Source: Chromera velia (taxonomy: Eukaryota). Taken from it: 49,346 bases of DNA. Positions 24,800 to 34,260 of this stretch are shown here, piece after piece. The position numbers were made by a program, and so were the translations under genes. The stretch's first letter is position 1. Each line of letters starts with the position of its first letter. The notes under the pieces were generated by a model. It was not told the origin of the DNA. It saw nothing but the letters and a program-made list of their open reading frames with translations, and did no database searches. The stretch lies in assembly GCA_018398765.1 (NCBI GenBank), contig JAHBMJ010000375.1, positions 1-49,346 of the forward strand. The letters are read 5' to 3'.

Positions 24800-27700
24800 T
24801 CAGTCTTCACGTCTACGTAAAATCCTTTCTTTACTCCTTTCGAATTCATTCACCAACTCAAGCTTTCCCACTTCATCCTCTGGCAGCCACAAAAACGAAC
24901 CATCATTGTAGAGAACTCTGTAATGCGTCTTTCCATCCTTCTCTCTACCCCACTTCACCTCAACTGCCCTCATTCTCTTTCTTCTCTTCTCTTCCTGCAT
25001 TGACTCGGGAAGCGCTTCCCCTCTCTCTGGTTTCTTGTCTCTCGGCCACTCTTCTCCAAGGCTAAGCTCGTCAATCATATCCGATGCAGACTCTGACGCC
25101 GCTCTCTTGCTTTTCTCTTTCCCTTCCTCTATTTCTCTCTCCTCTCTCCTTCTCTCCTTCATCTCCTCTCTCACTTCCTTTGCCATCCTCCATAACTCTA
25201 ATCTGTCTGTGGAGATCGTCATGCTCTTTCCTCCCCCCAACTGCCTGACAACAGCGTTGTGGGGCCATCCATCCGGAAGGGAAACAACCAGATAAATCCC
25301 TTCCAACTTTTCTGTAAACTTTCCTCCATCCACTCTGCCTGTGAGCGGATTGACAGGCTTTCGCACCAACACCTGATCCCCCACTCTGAATTTGCTCTTC
25401 CAAGGGGGCGGGTTCTTCCACTCTCTCTCTTGCCTCGATTTCTCCATCCTGGCTTGTGCCGTCTCAATCAACTCTAACCTGTTCTGACGGATCACGCTGT
25501 AGTAGTCGTTGTAAACCACTGGAGGGGAACGGGTCTCTGACGAGATAGGCTCTACTTGCAGCATATGGGTTGGCTCATACCCATGGGTCAACTGGAATGG
25601 GGTCAATCCAGTCTCGGAATGCGGGGTCATCCGGTATAAAAAATTGAAAGGCTGCAAATACAGATCCCAATCAAGCTCGTTCTCTGCTCTCAACTGCTTT
25701 CCAACCCCTTGCTCCCACGTCTGATTGTATCTTTCTGTCAGTCCTGCGCACTGAGGGTGGTACCCTGCTGTTATTTTCCTCCTCACTCTTAAAATCTTCA
25801 ATACCTCACTCACGATCTCTACCAGGAAATTCGTTTCCCTATCTGAGAGGAGAACCTCAAAGGGACCATGCCTGCAGAAAATCTCATCGACCAGAATCTG
25901 TGCTACGACATGAGCGGGCAGCTCAGGGCGGGCAAACGTCTCCACATCCTTTCCAAAATGGTCTGTCACAACGAGCACAAATCTGTTCCTCCTCCTGCTT
26001 GTAGGAAAGGGCCCTGACATATCAATGCCGAGCGTGTGCCAAGGACGGGGAGGCACGGGCACAGTCTGGGGTGCTCTCTTTGCTTTTGGCTTGAGCCTCT
26101 CCCTGCATTCTCGGCAGGAAGCGACCCACTCTCTCGCGTCTGCTCTCAAACCTGGCCACCAGAAGTGCAGGAGAGTCTTCTCTGTCAGCCGATTTGCCCC
26201 TGGGTGTCCCCCCAACTGATGATCGTGATTCATCACTAAAACCGTCTTTCTGCACACCTCAGGCACCACTAACTGTTCTTTCCTTTCTATCCCCCTTCTT
26301 TCGTACCTGTATAACAAACCTCCTCTCTCTTCAAACGCACTTTCCTCCAACAAAATTTGTTTCGCCTTTTTTGCCTCCCGAGGCAATACCCCCTCTGCAA
26401 AGTATTTGAAATGATCTTTCAACAAGGGGTCTCTCGGTAACTCCTTCCTCACACGGTCCAGAAAGCCCCTCTCCACCTGCAAAGGGGACACACCTGCCTG
26501 CACACCTGCTAGGGCGGCAGCCATGCCAGATCGGATCTCCTTGCTACCATCAGCAGGCTGATTACAGTGACGGCACAAAGGGACCCCGCTGTTTACGGAG
26601 ACGGGAAGAGACGGGGGAGGCTGTGGCTGTCGTGAAACGGTGTCTGCGTCCACATGTTCCTTCCCCGCCTTGTGAACAAACGTCAGCCCGTACTCCCGCA
26701 ACTCCAATGCCCAGTTGTGCACCCTTTTGTTCGTTATTTTACGGTCGGACATCGCTAAGTTCGGTTTATGATCCATGATCACATATGCTGCCCCCCCAAA
26801 CAGGTAGTGCCTCCACTGCTTGCAGCAGTAGACAGCCCCCAAGGCTTCCCTCTCGGTGGGGCTGTAATTTTTCTCTGCCGTACTTAACCCCCTACTGATG
26901 TATGCAATTACCACTTCCCTTCCCCTCTGCATCTGCGTGAGCACGCCTCCTACAGACACTTCACATGCGTCCGGTTTCACCCTGAACGGCAGGCTCATGT
27001 CTGGGAAGCCGAGAATCGGAGGGGTCGTCAGCCTCTCTTTCAATTCCCCAAAAATTTCCTCTCTTTCTCCATTCCAAACAAACGGGACCGGTCTGCCTTG
27101 CTCATCTGCAGGAAGTAACATCTGAAAGAGAGGGAAGGAGAGACGAGCAAAACCTGCAATAAAATGACGGTAGTAGGAGCACAGATACAGAAAAGAGCGG
27201 AGCTCCTTCCTGTCCTGCGGTGGCTCCCACTGCAGAATCTTTCGGATATTCTTTTTGCTCGGTCGCACCCCCTTCTCTGACACTGTATATCCCAAATACT
27301 CCACCTCTGTCATGGCAATCTGTGCCTTCTCAAGTTTGAGCTTCAAATTTGCTTTCCTCACCAAACCCAAAACCTCCCTCAAGTCCTGGATGTGCTCGTC
27401 ATGAGATCGGCTAAAGATGATGATGTCATCAACATAAACGAGAGCGAGGTCTCTGGACAGACCTGCAAGAACTAAATTCATGGCTCTCTGAAAAATAGAA
27501 GGGGCATTCACCAACCCAAAGGGCATCTTGGTGAATTCGTAAAGTCCGAACGGAGTGACGAAGGCGGTTTTCTCTGCGTGGTCGGGGTGCATGTGGAGTT
27601 GCTGGAAGCCGGAGGTGTAATCAAGTGCTGAGAACACCTTGGCTCCTGCAAGGTGGTCGAGTGTCTCTTGAATTCAGGGGAGGGGAGAAAGATCTCTCTT

Positions 27701-29095
27701 GGTGGCTTGATTCAGTTTTTGGAAATCTAGACAAAAACGGGTCGTCCCATCTGGTTTCTTGATTAGAACGACTGGGGCGGCCCATGGGGAAGTGGAGGGA
27801 CGAATCACTCCCCCTTCTTCCATCTCTTCCAACTCCTCCTTCACATGCTCTCTCTGGTGATACGGGATTCTGTCTTGGTTCCAGCGAATGGGAGGGGAAT
27901 CTCCAGTAGGAATGGTCACCTCGAAAGGCTTTCCATCCACTCTCAGCTCTCCAATGTTGAAACGAGAGCGAGACCAGAGATCAAAATATTCTTGGAGGAC
28001 CCCCTCGTATCTCTCTCTCAACTCGCATAAGAGGTGAGAGAGATCCACGGGCGGAAGCTTCTGTGAGGGAGGGAGAAGGACAGGCGAGTCTTCTTTCTTG
28101 GGAATCGGTGGTTGCTGTGTATAAGCAGAGGCGGGAGCGTTGGCGGTGACTGCTGCGATGGATGACACACGAGAGAACGGCTCTGCAAAAGTCAGGGGTG
28201 AATTTGGTCCTAGACGGATGAGGTTAGTGGCGATGTTCATGACTTCTACTGTGGCGACTCCAGCTTTGACGTCTACTACTTAATCTGGGATGGCAAATCC
28301 CGGAAACCCCCTTGGGTAATTCTTTCTCAAAATAACCGTCTCCTCCCCTTCCGTCCCCTCAACCTGCACCCGTACAAGAGCCCTCGCTCTTTTGGGGACT
28401 TTCGTGCGTGTGAAGGCGGAGACACGCATCGGTTTCCTCCCATCCTCGTACCAGACCTCGAAGGAGGGGAGGTCCGCAACGTCCAGACGGTCTTCACGGT
28501 AGTGGTACTGTACTACTGGGTCCAACAGCTTCAAAAAGTCTTGCCCCAAGACTGCTTTGTACCCCGAATCTTCTGTGATGGTCAGGCGGTGTGGGAATGC
28601 TTTCTTCGGCAGGGAAGGGTGAGAAAACTTAGCCATAATCTCCCCCACCACCGACACGCCCGTCTGTCCCACTGCGGACAGACCCACCGCGGGCCTGTCG
28701 ACATCTGCATCAGCATGCAAGGTCGTATTCACATCAATGAACGAAGTTTCCGCTCCTGTGTCAATAAGGACAGACACAGGCTTACCAAACAGCAACATTG
28801 TCATAAAAGGCCTGGGACCTACCTTTACTGCTGCCATCTCTGCCTCCATTTTCTCCGAATTCGCTTGTTCAAAGTCGGTCTGTCTGTCTACATGCTCTGC
28901 CGGAGAAGGGAAGGACACAGGCGACTGAGAAACCTGCGACTTTGGGACTCTTCCTCTCTTATTGTCGTCCTCTCGCTCACAGTCTACATGTTTCGTTTCT
29001 ACACGCACACACGGGGGAATCGGGAGAGGACGAGGCTTCGCAAACTGCTGGGTGGACTGGGGAACCTCTACGCCAATCCACCTGGGTCGTTTCCC
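24800..29095 (-). pseudogene. pol: Gypsy pol (aspartic protease, RT, RNase H, integrase, chromodomain-like tail) with two in-frame stops
   Basis: [30 protein letters not shown]; RNase H DAC...KNYSPTEREAL...DHK; integrase HDHQLGGH...CREC, IDMSGP, SDR, GLTER. In-frame stops TAA at 28280-28282 and TGA at 27674-27676 (PLP*IQETLD) join three annotated ORFs in one frame. Confidence 0.93.
29032..29095 (-). promoter_or_regulatory. Programmed -1 ribosomal frameshift signal between gag and pol
   Basis: Slippery heptamer G GGA AAC (29095-29089) is in the gag frame, and a -1 slip gives the pol frame (GKRPR). After a 6-nt spacer comes the stem GGUGGAUUGG/CCAGUCCACC. Confidence 0.8.
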
Positions 29096-30030
29096 TGCCC
29101 AGGACAATTGAAGGCCTTGTGGCCAGGCTGGTTGCAAGTGTAACAACGGGGGGGACCGTTGTTGAAACCGTTGTTGCCTCCATACTGTTGGTAGTGGCCT
29201 CCTCTTCCTCTCATGCCTCCATGTCCCCCTCTGAAGTGGCTATTGAAGCCACCTTGACCGTACATGCCAAATGCATAGCCTCCGTGCATAGGAGACGGGT
29301 AGACGGGGTGATAGCCGAAGCCACCCCTACTGCGACCGCGCCCCCGGTCGGTAAATCCCCCACGGCCATGGCCGCGACCTCTCAGAGCCGCGATCTGAGC
29401 AGCTTGCTGATCGAGACGTTTCCGCAACTCCACTAGTTCATCTCAGAGTCTCTCGTCTCTCTGTTGCATCCCCGCAATTCGAGCCCCTGCTTTCTTCTGT
29501 TGCTTGGCATGGAGGTACCCGACTCTCCTCTTCAATTGGTCCCAATTGGTGTAGATCTGTTCTATCTCCAGCTCTTCTTTCAGCTCGGGATAAAGCGCGT
29601 TGATAAAGGAACTGATTCTGTCGTTCCTTCTTCTGTTTGGATTTGCCTGGATATAGACGTCGACGAAGCGTTCAACGAATGCGTCATAGTCGTCTCCGAG
29701 GTTCAGCCGCACGTCAGCCATGCCGTAGACGGCGTGCGCCTGTGTCACACCGGTGCTTCCATGCGCTTCCAGGAACAAGGTGTCAACCTCGTCTGAAGTT
29801 GTGGCGGAAGCGGAGTTTTCATTCCACCACAAGATAAGGTCAGGATCTTCAAAGTGACCTAGTATCAGCAACAGTTTCTTCTCGTTCACATTTAGGTTTC
29901 CCGCATCTGCCTTTGCCTTAAAGGTGGCATACCAGACCTGTCCGTTTGTTTTTCCTGGGATAAAGACCGTAGTCACTCGCTTGACCTTCCCAATTTGTTC
30001 GAGCTTGTCAAATCTGACTGCATCCCCCAT
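29068..30030 (-). pseudogene. gag: Gypsy gag with RGG-rich segment and CCHC zinc knuckle; one in-frame stop
   Basis: ATG at 30030 (MGDAVRF). TGA at 29443-29445 is in frame with the downstream ORF 29068-29433, which contains RGRGHGRGG repeats and CYTCNQPGHKAFNC. Confidence 0.88.
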
Positions 30031-30278
30031 GTCTGCTTGCTGTTGCTGTAGCTCAGAATCTGGATCGGATGAGACTGAGTCTAATTCGCTGGAGGAATCT
30101 CGGATACTGCGGGTGGGCGAGAACAGAGAGCCGACAGACGGAACAGAACTGAAGTCGGGAGATTCTGCCCAAGGATGCACAGAGGGGATCGATGGTGGAG
30201 AACTCTCCCCCACCTCTGACAGCCTGTACCCCGACCCGCTCCTTGTGGGAATTTTGTTTTCCTCGGTTGCAACCAGAA

Positions 30279-30291
30279 GCTCTGCTGACCA
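30279..30291 (-). other. Primer-binding site (initiator tRNA-Met-like)
   Basis: TGGTCAGCAGAGC lies 1 nt inside the 5' LTR end. It resembles the complement of the tRNAiMet 3' end (TGGTAGCAGAG) with one extra base. Confidence 0.6.
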
Positions 30292-30292
30292 A

Positions 30293-30560
30293 TATTCTAG
30301 TTTAAGCTCTCTAAAACTTAGGAATTAACTCACACACATAAGTTCTACATACAGAGAATCTGTCAGACATACAAGAGCCTTCTCTATCGATCAGGAAAGA
30401 CTCGGTCCTTCTAATAGGCTCAATCAATCTGTATTGTACTGTATTGCAAAGGCTGAGATACAGACGTGCATGCCTTTGTATTACAGTGTGTATTTAATGC
30501 TATTAATTCTCTGTATTACTCTAAGGACCAAATCGGGCCTAGGTCTAAAGGTCCGTAACA
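30293..30560 (-). repeat. 5' LTR (268 bp; plus-strand terminal TG changed to TA)
   Basis: Same length as 24327-24594. By eye there are 8 differences, all within the first ~90 bp on the plus strand. Confidence 0.93.
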
Positions 30561-31360
30561 CAAAGACTTCGCTAACACATGGTGTTAACGTGAATAAATG
30601 TGAAAGAGAAAATGAAATTGTAACCATAGCAATACATTACTGAGAAATTCTTAACACCTTATTTTTGTTTATAAAAAAAAAAAAATCACAGTGCTCCCCG
30701 CTTAAATCTACTTACATTTTTATTTTTTATTTACGGCGTCAATATATAAGTCTTTTACATACAGACACACATGCTGTAATGTTTCTTTTATTTACTTTCA
30801 TTTATATTTTGGCCATTCTAGTAGTAGCATAGTAACATATGTAATAGCCAAACATTATATACGCCTTCTATTATCAACTTGCTCTTTTAAATCATGTAGC
30901 TGTGACTGAGACTGTGAGCTAGTCCATAAAATGTTTGAACACAACATTATACAAGTCTCAAACTATACGCTTGCTACGCTTGTTGTATTAGTTGCTGTAG
31001 TTGATTATGCTCACTTACTCACTCACCAACATACTTAGTCACTGACTTACTGAGTCATTCTTGTTTTCCTCACTAATTCACTCACTCACTGTCTCACTTG
31101 CTCACTCACTTACTCCCTCATTTTCCATGTCTGTTTTCGATCACTCACCCATATGCCCAAAGTTAACGGCTTCCATTAATAGTCTCACATCCACATGCCC
31201 AAACGGCTTTTGTTCACACACTCGCTCTCTCTGTCTCTCTTCGTTTATTTCTATTTACTCACAGGCCCTAGCGGCTTGAAGTTCTGTTTACATACTGAGT
31301 CTCATTCTTTCTTAGTGACAGGCTGTCTCTATTCATTCCGCAACGCGGAAGGTGGTTATA

Positions 31361-32543
31361 CAGATGTGCATGGACCAATTAGAAGGGTCTGAAATTTTTG
31401 AGCCGGTTAAGCCGGTCCGTGCGATTCCGGCGGCGCCCAGGGCCCAGAAAGGTATCAAATTGGTCCCCAGAGGCCGCTGAGTGCGTTGGTGCAAGAATTT
31501 GGGCCAAAACTTTCCGGGGCCATGCACTCTCAAAATCCCGAAATTGTGCTCAGAATGCTCAAAAAGCACACCAACACACAGAGAAGGGTCATTTCATCCT
31601 CTTGTCTCTTCCTGTCTACCTTGTTGTGTAGAGCAGTACCGATGGTCAAACTGGCATAATTCCGCTCCCCTAGTACTAGACAGCTTGCCTCTGTGTCGGG
31701 GTGAAGTCTTGTGGCGCAGTTGATCTGCTTTGGCGTGTTTGGCAGCTCCAGTCTGGACTAGTCAGGAAAGTACCTTCCAGGCCTCCAAAGCAACATTCCT
31801 TCTTTCTACCAGGAGGCCGCAGAATCGATCCCCAGCAATTTTGCCCAATGCCCTGTGTCTGTTGTTATCCTCCCAGGCCAGTAGGATAGGTTCCTGGTGA
31901 GTCTGCTGGTTGTGGGAAGGCGAGATTGTTTTGTGTTCCTGTTGTGGAGAATTGGCATCTCACGGGTATTAATCGACCTCCAGCTCCCCCGGCAAGTGGT
32001 TCTGTCCTGCTCTTTCCCTCCAAACAAGAGCATATAAGTGTTGGGCAGTACCTTTGTACGATGGCTGCAGGTTTAAAGTGCTCAAGAAGGAAAAAGCCCT
32101 TCCGGCAATTTGACATAGGGCGCCATCTGGAGTGTATCTTTCTGTTTATGAGCAGACTTGTCAGTTGAAGTCCACAGTGCATCAACCATTCCTTATCCCC
32201 TGTTGGAACTAAGTTACCTGGACCAGATGGAGCGTGTTGGTATGCATTTTATCATCATTGATGTACCACAGCCCTTTCTGAACTTCTGAGTCCAGGAAGG
32301 CCACTCTGGCCTCTTCAGGTGTCAGACCTCAGACGTCCATTCTTTGGACTCCCTATGAGTCTGGGAGTCGTTTTTTCTACACCAAGCAGCTAGAGAGAGT
32401 CTAGAGAGGCGAACTAACGTCTTCTAGGGTCATTGGTTTGAGTCCAGGAGGGAAAAGAGAACAGAGGGCTGTTCCTTTTCCCCTCAAAATTTTTAAGCCG
32501 GTTAAGGTCTGGTAGCGGGTTCTAATTGGTCCATGCACATCTG
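31361..32543. mobile_element. TA-flanked TIR element (Tc1/mariner-type ends), 1183 bp, no intact transposase
   Basis: Perfect 24-bp TIR CAGATGTGCATGGACCAATTAGAA / TTCTAATTGGTCCATGCACATCTG, with TA on both sides. Subterminal direct repeat AATTTTT(G/A)AGCCGGTTAAG at ~31393 and ~32488. Confidence 0.85.
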
Positions 32544-32611
32544 TATGATCCGCCGCCGCGTTGCGTCAGGTACCCACACGCCCATACAAATATCTTCTGC
32601 TGACATGCTTG

Positions 32612-34260
32612 CTAGGGTCTGACACTTCTACTATATAATTAAAAAAAAACTTTTTTTTAAGGGTACCCTAAGATTAACGACTATTACTAGACATCTAAAA
32701 GTTGTATTTTTGAATAAATCTCATCAAAAGAACCAGAACAGAATAGTTTAAAGCTTAGATTTCATTGGTTCTAGGCCGGTTTTTCCGGTTTTAGTATAAT
32801 CTGCTAGTTAAAGTTCTAGAAGAGCGAAGAGGCCGGTTTTGGAACCAGCATAGGAAACCGGGAGGAACCAACTAAAACCATGTAAAACCATATGAAAACA
32901 GGAGTCAAATGCATCTTTGAGTTGAATTGAATCAACCGAAAGATCATTCATCCTCTCCTGGGCCGTCTTCTTCTTCGTCCTTCTCCAAAATTTCTTGAAA
33001 CCGTGTCTACAACCTGGCAAGCTCTTCATTGTCAACCGTCAAACGACCGTAGACTTGGGTGCTTGAATGAAGATAAAAGAATACAGCAGACAGAGCAATG
33101 TGATCAATTTGAGCAGTTGTAGTTGCACGTGCGATATACGGCACAAATTTTGTCACTTCCCCCTCTGCGTCCTCTTCTCTTGCTCTCTTGTACGAAATAA
33201 CCCTCAATTCAAGGTGAGCGTTGTCGTTAGTATGAGCAACGCGAGACAAACCCATGCTTCTTCCTCTCTTTCTTGCTGGATGCTTGTCTTTAGGATTCAC
33301 AATGTTAATCACTTTTGCGATATACCATTCAACGGAATCACGATTGTCTATGAACTGACAACCAACAATGTCGCCCAGCCTAATCGAATACTCGCCTTTC
33401 TGAGGTCGTGCATACTTGAAACGGGGGGCACGTATGATTCTATCCTGACGTTGACTAGACAGTTTTTCGTCCTGCAAATAAGCACACGCAGACGAGAGAA
33501 GCATTTCGTTTCCAGAGACCGGTTGCATCACGCGAACACGGCCGTCCTTTCCCTTTCCCTGCCCATTTCCCTCACAGGGAGTCGAACTGAGAAGATCCAT
33601 CTCCGCTCTGAGCATATCGCCCTCTTGTTCGAGGAGCTCGTCTGCAGTTGCCTATGCTGTATCGTCAGCAATCTTATCCCCCCCTTCTGTGTCAACTATC
33701 TCTGTCTCGTTGTCATCAATCAGCTCTTGCGAGGCGTAGTGAGAGACCTTCACCACGCTCTCCCACTTGAAGTCGAGAAGGGTCTGCTTGGTGAGCGATT
33801 TTCTCCCACCAGTTCTCTGCCCCCCCCACTTGACTTTGTCTCTGAAGTCTGCATAAATTTTGGAATCAACCTTTCCGATCAATTCCCATGCTCTCTCTCT
33901 TCCCTTCTCAACTGCTGCAGCAATCTTCTCATCAAAAATCAGACAGCAAGTCTCCCCGGAGTCCCATGCCTTCGGGAGGTTTTTGAGGCCGGTTTTTTAA
34001 GTTGGTTTTTGTATGGTTTCAGTGGTAAATCTTATGGTTCCAAAACTGATAAAAACCAGGACTGGCAAAATGCTATAAAAGGGAGGGTAACCAACTATAA
34101 ACCAAAGAAAACCACTCTAAAATCATCAGATTTTAAGTTTTTAGGATTAGTTAAGCTTTAGATTAATCTATAAATATAGATTTTTGAGTTTTTTACATGG
34201 TTTTAGGCATAAAAACCACTGCTGAAACCTAGCATCTACATTAAGAGTGTCAGACCCTAG
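32612..34260. mobile_element. hAT-like non-autonomous element (1649 bp)
   Basis: TIR CTAGGGTCTGACACT / AGTGTCAGACCCTAG (TAGGG-type hAT end). Flanks CATGCTTG and CATGCTTC (7/8 TSD match). AT-rich subterminal regions with many AAAACC/GGTTTT motifs. Confidence 0.8.
33007..33980 (-). pseudogene. Truncated ORF inside the hAT-like element (~320 codons, one TAG), with a Tudor/SH3-like segment
   Basis: ORFs 33652-33882 and 33007-33615 are in the same frame, separated by TAG at 33652-33654. Motif IRLGDIVGCQFIDNRDSVEWYIAKVINI. Confidence 0.55.

Larger units (their letters stand above)
24327..30560 (-). mobile_element. Full-length Ty3/Gypsy LTR retrotransposon, inactivated by nonsense mutations
   Basis: Two 268-bp LTRs. 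Domain order gag-PR-RT-RH-IN. PBS next to the 5' LTR. Flanks CAAGA (24322-24326) and CAAAG (30561-30565) are an imperfect 5-bp TSD. Confidence 0.95.

Noticed and set aside
27674..29445. Stop-codon readthrough or an alternative genetic code in gag/pol
   Set aside because: The internal stops are of different types (TGA, TAA), each one C>T from a plausible sense codon, and host genes in the window end in TAG, TGA and TAA. Mutation is the simpler explanation.
33067..34161. 364-aa plus-strand ORF
   Set aside because: It is antisense to the more protein-like minus-strand frame, has an unnatural Leu/Ser/Phe composition, and runs into AT-rich subterminal repeats.
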